IMG/VR virus record: IMGVR_UViG_3300011335_000269
Location: 1-27,711 of that record
Reading direction: 5' to 3' (one strand)
DNA length: 27,711 nt
From: a virus
Lineage: Duplodnaviria > Caudoviricetes
In this document: positions 17,498 to 24,752 of the stretch, one piece after another
Layout of the letters: each line of letters starts with the position of its first letter
How positions within the stretch are numbered: position 1 is the first letter of the stretch
Notes under the pieces: generated by a model
The model's input: the letters and a program-made list of their open reading frames with translations, nothing else
What the model was told of the DNA's origin: nothing
The model's database searches: none
Made by a program: the position numbers and the translations under genes

Positions 17498-18429
17498 TAA
17501 ATAGCACCGCCACCAATAAAGGCCATGCGCGGCACCAATCGCAAGGTGGCTTTCTCATGGTCTTCGCCTGCTGCTAGGTTGAACTGTTCGTCGTAGATAG
17601 CCTTGAGCATATCCATACGGCCTTGCAGCTCTGGTTGTTTCATGGCTATGTAGTAAGCCAGGCCAGCGGCAATGCACGGCAAAAACCTGCAGTTCATGTC
17701 TTGGGTCTGGATACCGCTAACGGCATCTTGGGTTCGACGCAGGCGGAAATAAACAAACTGGTAGGTCTGTGATGAATCCGGGGTTGGCCAAACAGTTACA
17801 GCGGGCAGCTGCGGAATGTAAACCGCCGTTCCATCTGCATGGGTTGTGGCTGTTGTGTTGTTTTGCGCGCGGAATACACCACCCAAAGAATTGCCATCAA
17901 TGTAGGTGTAGTAAATGTCTTCAGTATCCAGTCGGATGTAGCCAGAGGCAGCCAGACCAACAACAGAGTCCAACGTAATTGTTGTATCAGTGGCTGTTAA
18001 TGCGCCATCCAATACCAAATCGGTAGGATTAACCTCGCCAGATAGACGTTGAATCCAAACTTGGATAGGACGCCCTTGGGTTAGCTTATTTGGGATAGTG
18101 GCATAGGTCGACACACTAATCCTGGTAATGCTTAGGTCAGCCTGGGTAGATGCCACATTGGCACCGGTGCGGATAACATGATCTAACAAGTCTATGGTGT
18201 CAGATGGCAGGGCGTATGTGTTTAGACCAGGCGTCATGGTGAACATGCCTTGCTCAATAGTCCACATATTCAACCCACGATTTGCCCACTCAATGGTCAT
18301 CAGGTTCATTGACCGACGCGCTGTACGCAAGTCGTATCCACTACGCATCTCACGGCCAGCACGTTCCCAAGCCTCTTCAGCAAGCTCCGTAAAGTCCATG
18401 TTGAATGCTGTTGAACCTGTAGTGCTCAT
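17497..18429 (-). CDS. Head-tail adaptor-like protein with an inserted beta domain (310 aa)
   Basis: EEAWERAG...ARRSMNLM..EWANRG, GRP.Q, VWPTPD...Y, FLPCIAAGLAYY; insert LDGALTATDTTITL...HADGTAV. Confidence 0.68.
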   Translation of the reverse strand: MSTTGSTAFNMDFTELAEEAWERAGREMRSGYDLRTARRSMNLMTIEWANRGLNMWTIEQGMFTMTPGLNTYALPSDTIDLLDHVIRTGANVASTQADLSITRISVSTYATIPNKLTQGRPIQVWIQRLSGEVNPTDLVLDGALTATDTTITLDSVVGLAASGYIRLDTEDIYYTYIDGNSLGGVFRAQNNTTATTHADGTAVYIPQLPAVTVWPTPDSSQTYQFVYFRLRRTQDAVSGIQTQDMNCRFLPCIAAGLAYYIAMKQPELQGRMDMLKAIYDEQFNLAAGEDHEKATLRLVPRMAFIGGGAI

Positions 18430-18677
18430 TTAGCCATCCTCATGTTGTCAATCAAATTAGGATATGGCCGACCAGCTGCTTTAGCCGCAGCCTTGGCCTT
18501 AGCTTTTTTTCCTGAAGATAGCTTCTTAGGAGCACCAAGAGAGTCAGGGCGCGGCTTATCCCAAACTTCACCACCCTTAGCGTACTCAGTGAAGTCTGTA
18601 TTATCCCGGCGAGCCTTACGCTTTGAACCAGGCATCTTAGAGGGGTTGATATCCCCCATGCCGCGTGAAACTCTCAT
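18426..18677 (-). CDS. Small basic protein (83 aa)
   Basis: Start moved to ATG 18677, 1 nt after the upstream stop; SRGMGDINPSK, YAKGG, GRPYPNLIDNM. Confidence 0.65.
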   Translation of the reverse strand: MRVSRGMGDINPSKMPGSKRKARRDNTDFTEYAKGGEVWDKPRPDSLGAPKKLSSGKKAKAKAAAKAAGRPYPNLIDNMRMAK

Positions 18678-18678
18678 A

Positions 18679-18903
18679 TCAACACATCTTTCCGCGCGTT
18701 TTACCGCGTTGGGCAATACCATCACCGCGAGAAGATGCAGTGCCGCCAGAAGCCATGCCCTTTACTTTTTTGCCGTCAACACGAATATCTTGGCCGGGCT
18801 GTTCAGGCACATTGGGCTCGTTCTTTTTAAATTTACGCCCAGCAGATGCGCCATCAATGTCTTTTGGCGCTTCTTTGGTTTTTTCCAAATTTTCTTCGTA
18901 CAT
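18679..18903 (-). CDS. Small basic protein (74 aa)
   Basis: GGAG RBS; MASGG...RGDGIAQRGKTRG. Confidence 0.65.
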   Translation of the reverse strand: MYEENLEKTKEAPKDIDGASAGRKFKKNEPNVPEQPGQDIRVDGKKVKGMASGGTASSRGDGIAQRGKTRGKMC

Positions 18904-18936
18904 GATTACTCCACTGTAACTACTGTTATAGTCAAA

Positions 18937-19479
18937 TTAACAATATTTCTTGGTGCTGCCGCCCATGGCCATCTTGATCTGGGTGCCCTTGGTTTTGCCG
19001 CGAGATGCTACGCCATCAGCTGCACGGGTGTAGACAGCTCCACCTTTTTTCATACCAGGAGCAGCAGGAGGCACTGGAGCCGCAGCAGCTGGCGCCATAC
19101 CCGGACGGCGACCGCGCATTGCCTTGGCAATCATGGCGGCTTTGCGAGGATCCATAGGGGCACCAGCTGGCGCAGGTGCAGTCATGCCACCCATAGCCAT
19201 CTTCTTGACCTTGCCGCCATTTTTCATGCCTTCCATCTCCGCAGTTTCATGCTTGAGCATAGAGGCGGGAGCGCCTTTTTTCTTCATGAAAGAAACTTCT
19301 TTTTTCATCATCGCTTTAGATTCTGCCATCTCACCACCTCTTTTAAATGTTTTGCCTTTGTCGGCCTTGCTGAATTCTTTACCCACGGACTGTGGGACTC
19401 CTGCTTTCTTGGCAAATTCCGGGCTGTGGGCCACGGCTTCCATGAAATTGTGCTGCTTCTTACTCTTGCTTGGCATCAC
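18937..19479 (-). CDS. Basic low-complexity protein with repeated xxxGG motifs (180 aa)
   Basis: MPSKSKKQHNFMEAVAHSPEFAKKAGVPQSVGKEF; FKRGG, MKNGG, MAMGG, MKKGG, MAMGG; RADGVASRGKTKG. Confidence 0.72.
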   Translation of the reverse strand: MMPSKSKKQHNFMEAVAHSPEFAKKAGVPQSVGKEFSKADKGKTFKRGGEMAESKAMMKKEVSFMKKKGAPASMLKHETAEMEGMKNGGKVKKMAMGGMTAPAPAGAPMDPRKAAMIAKAMRGRRPGMAPAAAAPVPPAAPGMKKGGAVYTRAADGVASRGKTKGTQIKMAMGGSTKKYC

Positions 19480-19715
19480 TTCCCCGCTTGAATAAGTTGG
19501 TCAATTTTTGCTTCAAGGCGGTTAAACCTTTGGTCAATGTGGTCAGTAATTCTCTGCACTTCTGCGTTAGTTGCGTAATCACGGGCAATCTCCTCGCGTG
19601 TGATATTTAACAATCTTTCGATGCGCTTGACATCCTCAAACTTCTCGCGAATGAAAAACCAAAATCCACCTAAAACAGCGGACAGGGCCAGCGACCAAAT
19701 TGTGTTGAGCTCCAT
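19476..19715 (-). CDS. Small membrane-anchored coiled-coil protein (79 aa)
   Basis: Start moved to ATG 19715 (TAATG overlap); IWSLALSAVLGGFWFFI TM segment then heptads ending RLEAKIDQL. Confidence 0.68.
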   Translation of the reverse strand: MELNTIWSLALSAVLGGFWFFIREKFEDVKRIERLLNITREEIARDYATNAEVQRITDHIDQRFNRLEAKIDQLIQAGK

Positions 19716-20029
19716 TAAACAAACCTGCCTTTTGTTTTGCCGCGTTGAGCGCATCCATCGGCCTCACTGACATATCCGCCATTTGCGCAGTTCCAAGCCC
19801 GCAGGCTTTTGTTAATCCTCGAATCTGGATCTTTTGCGGTCTTCTCGCTTGTAAGCTTCTTCTTCATCCCTTCCATGCGCGCGCAAAATGAATCTTTCCG
19901 ACTGCCGCCTTCTGGCTGCGGAGGCTTCAGATTCATCCCTTGCTTCTTGGCAGAGGCTCGCCCTTTGGCGTTCAAGCCGCCGTTGGGATTCTTGCCTTCC
20001 TTGCGCGTCCATGCGGGGGATTTAGCCAT
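19715..20029 (-). CDS. Small basic protein (104 aa)
   Basis: AWTRKEGKNPNGGLNAKGRAS...SFCARM...SLRAWNC; C-terminal EADGCAQRGKTKG. Confidence 0.72.
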   Translation of the reverse strand: MAKSPAWTRKEGKNPNGGLNAKGRASAKKQGMNLKPPQPEGGSRKDSFCARMEGMKKKLTSEKTAKDPDSRINKSLRAWNCANGGYVSEADGCAQRGKTKGRFV

Positions 20030-20318
20030 AGCACACCGTGATACCCGTAGGAGCGGTTGCCACAGCGGTATACCAAATACCGTTAGGGAACAAAATTCCC
20101 TCGCCGGGCAAAATTACGTTGGTCATGTTGGAGTTTGAACCTGTATCCAACTCCAACAAAATATTGCCGCCAGAGGCATCTAAGAAACGAGCCATACCTG
20201 CGCTTGCCCCGCCCGTAATAATCACGGATTTAATACGGACACGCCCAGATACAAGTGCTAAATTTGTTTGTGCGCCGCCTGTATGCACGGATTTAACGTC
20301 TGTTTGCATCATAATCAA
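20022..20318 (-). CDS. Small beta-rich virion-associated protein (about 96-98 aa)
   Basis: AAGGAG RBS; QTDVKS...LPGEGILFPNGI; exact start uncertain (TTG or one of two ATGs). Confidence 0.65.
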   Translation of the reverse strand: MIMMQTDVKSVHTGGAQTNLALVSGRVRIKSVIITGGASAGMARFLDASGGNILLELDTGSNSNMTNVILPGEGILFPNGIWYTAVATAPTGITVCYG

Positions 20319-20326
20319 TCTCCTTT

Positions 20327-20347
20327 TAAAAGGGGGCCGAAGCCCCC
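20327..20347 (-). terminator. Intrinsic terminator-like hairpin with UUCG loop
   Basis: GGGGGC-TTCG-GCCCCC followed by TTTT just after the 165-aa gene stop. Confidence 0.75.
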
Positions 20348-20355
20348 AAGATCAA

Positions 20356-20853
20356 TTAAGCCTGTGAAGGATTGGCAGAACCGTCAGAGTCACGGACAAT
20401 GTACTCAACAGTAACTGTAATCGTACCGGCAGTAGCATCAGCAGTAGCTGCGGTAAAAGTGCCGTAAATGATTGCATCAGTTGTACCAATGCTGTCATAC
20501 AAACCTGAAGTAGCCGCTGCAATAGTGGCCGGGGAAGTTTGAACTGCTGAAGTACCAGTATTGACCGAAGCCATGTATAGGTTGGCAGTGCCACTGCTAC
20601 CAATGGTAACGCCGCAGTTAGTCGCGCCAGTCAAGGCGACATTAACCTCAAGACCAAAGCGAAGAATCTTAGCGCCAGCAGGCAACACAAACATCTGTTG
20701 TGCCGTGGGGCTTGCCAAAATGACGGAAGCGGGGGCTGTGTAAGTCTGGGCAACAGTAGTTGCACCCATATTACGGATAGGGCCAGCGGTAGTACCAGTT
20801 GTGTTTTTAACAGTGCCCAACAACCAAGGGCCAAGGTGAGTTGCGAATCCCAT
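20356..20853 (-). CDS. Capsid-associated/decoration-like protein (165 aa)
   Basis: GGAG RBS; Thr/Ala/Gly-rich beta pattern LPAGAKIL...AGTITVTVEY; directly after the capsid gene. Confidence 0.62.
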   Translation of the reverse strand: MGFATHLGPWLLGTVKNTTGTTAGPIRNMGATTVAQTYTAPASVILASPTAQQMFVLPAGAKILRFGLEVNVALTGATNCGVTIGSSGTANLYMASVNTGTSAVQTSPATIAAATSGLYDSIGTTDAIIYGTFTAATADATAGTITVTVEYIVRDSDGSANPSQA

Positions 20854-20861
20854 GTCTAATT

Positions 20862-20934
20862 CTCCATGCGTTATGGTGTATCAATCTGCATGAGGTCAGC
20901 CGAGCCTGTTTGATACACCGATGAGTCTCGGGAT
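20862..20934 (-). promoter_or_regulatory. Structured 5' leader RNA candidate
   Basis: Perfect 10-bp stem GGTGTATCAA (20919-20910)/TTGATACACC (20884-20875); the 25-nt loop has complementarity to upstream CCGAG and to downstream GCATG abutting the RBS. Confidence 0.55.
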
Positions 20935-20940
20935 GTCTTC

Positions 20941-20969
20941 AATATACACCAAAAGAAAAGGGGGCACAA
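20941..20969 (-). promoter_or_regulatory. Putative sigma70-type promoter
   Basis: TTGTGC (20969-20964), 17-nt spacer, TATATT (20946-20941). Confidence 0.5.
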
Positions 20970-20979
20970 GGCCCCCTTA
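20951..20979 (-). terminator. Intrinsic terminator after the major capsid gene
   Basis: AAGGGGGC-CTTGT-GCCCCCTT followed by TTCTTTT. Confidence 0.85.
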
Positions 20980-20984
20980 ACTTA

Positions 20985-21896
20985 TCAGGACGAACCTGGG
21001 GAACCGTACATTCCCAAAGGATCAGACCAGCCGAACGAATAACGCTCGCGAGACTTGTAACGCACGTTACCGGTGTCAAAGTCGCCGTCCATGCTGTTAG
21101 CCAGCGGGGTACGGACAAAGTGCTTCATACCGTTAGGCACATCAGTAGTCAGGTACCAGCCATTGACGTCGGTCAAGAAGTGGTTTTGGGTATACCCTTC
21201 AGGAATCGAGCCATTGTTCTTGATTGCGTTTACATCGTTGTCGGTAGTGCCAACGCGCAAGCTGGTTTCCAGCAAACGGGTAGCCACGAACTGCAATGAT
21301 GGAGGAACAATCAACTTCTTAGGCTTGGCTGCAATCAACAGGCCGCGCTCATCTGTCCAAGCGGCAATTTGAATAACTGCGTTTTCCAACGAAGTCTCAT
21401 TCAAGTCAGCGGCTGTAGAGGGGCGATTGCTGTTGGTGCCACCGTTAACCAGCGGGTGAGCAGTGCTAAAAAGAGAAACGCCGTCGCCACCAGTAAAGTT
21501 GGCGGAGAAGCCGTTGTTCAGAATAGCAGCAGCTTTGACCTGCTTGGTGTACGCCATAGCACGGGCCAGGCCTTTGGTGTAACGAGCAGACAAGCTGTCG
21601 TACAAGTTATCCTCAATGGCCTCTTCGGTCAGTGAGAAACCCAGGGCGATGGTTTCGTGGTTGTAGCGAGCAGTCCATGCTTCCTGTGCATTGTCATAAG
21701 CGATGGCAGAGCCCTCGTTTTTGACTGGTGCGGCAGAGAATCCAGACAGCTTGGTTTCTTCTTCAAAGCTACGCTCAGATGTTTCTGTTTCGTAGATCTC
21801 TTTGTGCTCTTCGCCGTAGCGGGCGTACTCCAAACCAAACAAAGCGTTAAGTCCAGGTAACAGCTCTTTGAGCAGTTGTGCGCGTGAAATAGCCAT
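20985..21896 (-). CDS. Major capsid protein (303 aa; HK97 fold inferred, Mu gpT-like family)
   Basis: MAISRAQLLKELLPGLNALFG, GDGVSLFSTAHP, PKKLIVPP.L, RYKSRERYSFGWSDP; strong AAGGAG RBS and a terminator downstream. Confidence 0.9.
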   Translation of the reverse strand: MAISRAQLLKELLPGLNALFGLEYARYGEEHKEIYETETSERSFEEETKLSGFSAAPVKNEGSAIAYDNAQEAWTARYNHETIALGFSLTEEAIEDNLYDSLSARYTKGLARAMAYTKQVKAAAILNNGFSANFTGGDGVSLFSTAHPLVNGGTNSNRPSTAADLNETSLENAVIQIAAWTDERGLLIAAKPKKLIVPPSLQFVATRLLETSLRVGTTDNDVNAIKNNGSIPEGYTQNHFLTDVNGWYLTTDVPNGMKHFVRTPLANSMDGDFDTGNVRYKSRERYSFGWSDPLGMYGSPGSS

Positions 21897-21907
21897 TTAG
21901 TTGCTCC

Positions 21908-22741
21908 TTATGCGCCAGTGGCAGAGTAGTAACCATGCAAGCCTTGGTTCAATTTAACCAAGATTTCAGGATACTGAGTGAACACCACGGTCGATGTGTA
22001 AACACCAGAATTCAATGTGAATGTGGCGGCTTGGTCGAGAACAACAGAAGTTGCACCAGCTGCGGCTGCGGTTTTCACAAAAGAACCTGTCTGTGCAACT
22101 TGACCACTTGTGGTCAACACAGAAACGTCCGTACCAATTGGCAATGCGTAAGGTAATGCGCTGACGGTCAGGGTAGTTGTACCCGAACTGAAAGTAGCTG
22201 TACCCAGTGCAACTTGCGTATCCGGCACAACACCAACCATACGCAAAGGCAGGGTAGTAGTTACAGGAGTGTCAGTTGGAGCCAAAACAGCATTGGCAGA
22301 GTTGCCAGTGTTTACGCTACCGGTGTTGTTAATGGCTGACAGGTTAGTGCCAATCATTGCCAAAGCGCCGGATGCAACGGTAGTGCCAGAAGAACACACA
22401 ACAGCCTTAAACACAGCATCAGGATCATCAAACACATAGGCTTGGCAGTCACCAGCAGCGGTGCTTGCAGGCCAGTATTGTGAAAACTGCTTTTGCTTGG
22501 TTGTGGGGTTGGTGTATGTGCAGCCCAAGAAAATACCAACGGTCTGGTTCAAACCAGTGCCGGCAGCAACTGAGGCGCGTGTGGCAAAGCCACGGGATAA
22601 AACAACAAAGTCACCATAGAAGATGCTGGTCGCATAACCGTATTGGATGTTGTACATGCGAGTTGAACCCGCAAATACTTGACCACCAATCAAGTTCTGT
22701 GGCAGCAGCCCATATGGAGCTGATACAACGGGATAAGCCAT
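21908..22741 (-). CDS. Capsid cement/decoration-like protein (277 aa)
   Basis: APYGLLP, IFYGD.V, VGIFLGC.Y, V.DDPDAVF; lies immediately before the capsid gene. Confidence 0.6.
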   Translation of the reverse strand: MAYPVVSAPYGLLPQNLIGGQVFAGSTRMYNIQYGYATSIFYGDFVVLSRGFATRASVAAGTGLNQTVGIFLGCTYTNPTTKQKQFSQYWPASTAAGDCQAYVFDDPDAVFKAVVCSSGTTVASGALAMIGTNLSAINNTGSVNTGNSANAVLAPTDTPVTTTLPLRMVGVVPDTQVALGTATFSSGTTTLTVSALPYALPIGTDVSVLTTSGQVAQTGSFVKTAAAAGATSVVLDQAATFTLNSGVYTSTVVFTQYPEILVKLNQGLHGYYSATGA

Positions 22742-22757
22742 TTAAGGACTCCTTGAA

Positions 22758-23207
22758 TTAAACACCTTTGCCAAAGGTCGTCGAAGACTTGTTCTCTCGG
22801 AAGAGCGGCATCCTCGGGTCACTTTGACGCATTAGGCTATTGTCTACAGCATCCGTCTGAGCCTGTGTAACTTTTGCGAAGTGTGCCTCGCGTTGTTGCA
22901 TAAACTCTGACGGCGTCTTGCAAAGCAATAGCCCGCCTATTTCGATATTATTTTTAAATCGACTATCGGGGTCGATCATGAACTGAAACTTAGGCTGCTC
23001 TTCAATTGCTACTGGCTCCCAACCCTCCCGGAGCTTGCCGGTAATGTTGCGCTGGTCAGCTTTATCTAAGACTGATACCCGAATCCATCTGTAATCGTAT
23101 CCTGGCTGTTTGTCCGGCTCAGGAAGAAGTTCAGCTTGTTGCCACTGTTTAGGGCGTTCTGTGATTACTCGCTCGGCGAGCTCTCTTGGTTTTCTGTTTT
23201 CAGCCAT
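22758..23207 (-). CDS. Phage head-module protein of unknown function (149 aa)
   Basis: YRWIR...LREGWEPV...IGGLLLCK; GGAGG RBS. Confidence 0.7.
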   Translation of the reverse strand: MAENRKPRELAERVITERPKQWQQAELLPEPDKQPGYDYRWIRVSVLDKADQRNITGKLREGWEPVAIEEQPKFQFMIDPDSRFKNNIEIGGLLLCKTPSEFMQQREAHFAKVTQAQTDAVDNSLMRQSDPRMPLFRENKSSTTFGKGV

Positions 23208-24130
23208 TTAGGCCTCCAATTTGAGTAACTCTTTGGCATATTGCTCAGGAGTTAAGTTGAGTTTTTTAGCAAGGTTCATTTGGCTATTGGTCAAGCGAAC
23301 TCGCTTTGATGCTGTGCTGCGGCTGGCTGACGCCACCACCGAGCTAGGTTTTGTGCCGCGAGTTCCCTCGGGCTTTTCGTTCTCAAATTTCTCTGGGAAC
23401 CTATGTCGCATCGTTTCATCAATGCGGCGGTAATACTCTTGTGAAGAAAGGACAACACCCTCTTCTTTAAGTTGTTCGTGCAGGGCTATGGCCATGCCTG
23501 TCATCAACTTGTCCTCACCAAACCACTGGTTCCGCTTTTGCCAACTTTGGGCATTTGGGTCAACAGCGATGGGCTCGGGTTGTCTTGGTGCCGTTTGTAC
23601 CTCATATTCTTCAGTCTGTAAAGCGGGCGGCTTAAAGTTTTTGACTTTGTCTTTTTTGAGCGATACCTCAGTCAGGCGCTCCTGAGCCTCCATAACCCGG
23701 TCAGTATCCCCGGAATCATAAGCCTCACGATAAGCCTTTTTGGCCGCATCCAACTCAAGATCTATTGCTCTTTGGATAGAGCTGAGTACATTCTTTTCGC
23801 TGTTATTGAGGGTGGCTTTGAGGCGTTTGTTCTCCTCAATCACCCGCTGGGTCAAGTTAATGGCCTCTTGCTGCTCACGCATGGCCGCTTCTTTTTCCCG
23901 GCGCTCGTCATGCGCCAGCTTCTTGAGTTGGGCCAGCTTTTTCTTTACTTTGGACGAGTAGTCTTCCAACTCATCGTTGTACAGCTCCTCTTTAACTTCC
24001 TTGGGAAGCGGGTCTTTGTTCCGGTCTTGCTCCGGGGGTCGTCTTCGATCTCTAATTCAATCTCGTCGTCCACCTGATCTTTTTGTTCCTGCTCATCGGG
24101 GAACTTGTATTCTTCGCCAAATCGTGACAT
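23208..24130 (-). CDS. Scaffolding protein, interrupted by a 1-nt frameshift near 24034-24038 (about 307 aa if repaired)
   Basis: AAGGAG+ATG at 24130; acidic N-terminus, coiled coil, W...NQWFG, C-terminal LNLTPEQYAK; the span is 923 nt, one short of a multiple of 3. Confidence 0.75.
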
Positions 24131-24139
24131 GTACGCTCC

Positions 24140-24568
24140 TTATTTGCGTTTGATACCGCGCGGGTCTTCGACAACACCTTCGACTGAATCGTCGTTGATG
24201 ATGCGGAATTCCCGGCCATGAATTTGTAAGCGTGAGCCTGCGTGGGGTCTAGTCAACACAAAATCACCTTTTCGACACCAAGGCCCAGTTGGAAACTTTG
24301 CCTTGTCCATATAACAGTCTGGTCCCAGGTCGACAACAAACAAGACTGTAGTCAGCAGCTCGTCGTATCGCATGGTTTCGTCTGCTTTGATGATCCCAAT
24401 TTCTCCCTCGTACTCTTTTTCCTGTTCGGGGATTGCACACAGGATTTTGTAGCCAGCGGGCTTGGGAAGTTGAGATGCCTTTTCTTCTTCTGTCTTTTGT
24501 GAGCTGCCAATTACGACGGGATTGTCGGGATTGGTGGCAAACAAAATCTCAGGTGTCATCGTCGTCAT
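24140..24568 (-). CDS. groES: GroES/Cpn10-like co-chaperonin
   Basis: PKPAGYKIL, GIIK, VVDLGPD, KGDFVL..HAG, GREFRIINDDSVEGVV match the GroES pattern. Confidence 0.8.
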   Translation of the reverse strand: MTTMTPEILFATNPDNPVVIGSSQKTEEEKASQLPKPAGYKILCAIPEQEKEYEGEIGIIKADETMRYDELLTTVLFVVDLGPDCYMDKAKFPTGPWCRKGDFVLTRPHAGSRLQIHGREFRIINDDSVEGVVEDPRGIKRK

Positions 24569-24752
24569 TGTTGGTTAATCTTTCTTGTAGGTCTTTGATG
24601 TAGGAACGCGCGGTGAGAAGACCTTTAATCTCTCCGCACATCTTTTTGTACTCCGCAAAGTCGGCGGCGTTACCGTCACCCATGGCATCTTGGAGTTGCA
24701 AAATTTTGTCATTGACCTTAGAGGTCAAGTGTTCTAAGTACTTGTCAATCAT
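24549..24752 (-). CDS. Small helical hypothetical protein (67 aa)
   Basis: ATGA overlap with the portal stop; DFAEYKKMCGEIKGL. Confidence 0.7.
   Translation of the reverse strand: MIDKYLEHLTSKVNDKILQLQDAMGDGNAADFAEYKKMCGEIKGLLTARSYIKDLQERLTNNDDDDT

Noticed and set aside
18442-19491. 349-aa plus-strand ORF
   Set aside because: Antisense to several well-coupled minus-strand genes; TTG start and no protein-like motifs
20352-20603. Leu-rich 83-aa alternate-frame ORF inside the 165-aa gene
   Set aside because: Leu/Gln richness is the expected by-product of GCT/ACT codons read in another frame; no RBS
20885-20909. Hammerhead ribozyme in the leader (CTGA present)
   Set aside because: CTGA is followed by CCTC rather than NGA, and there is no GAAA core
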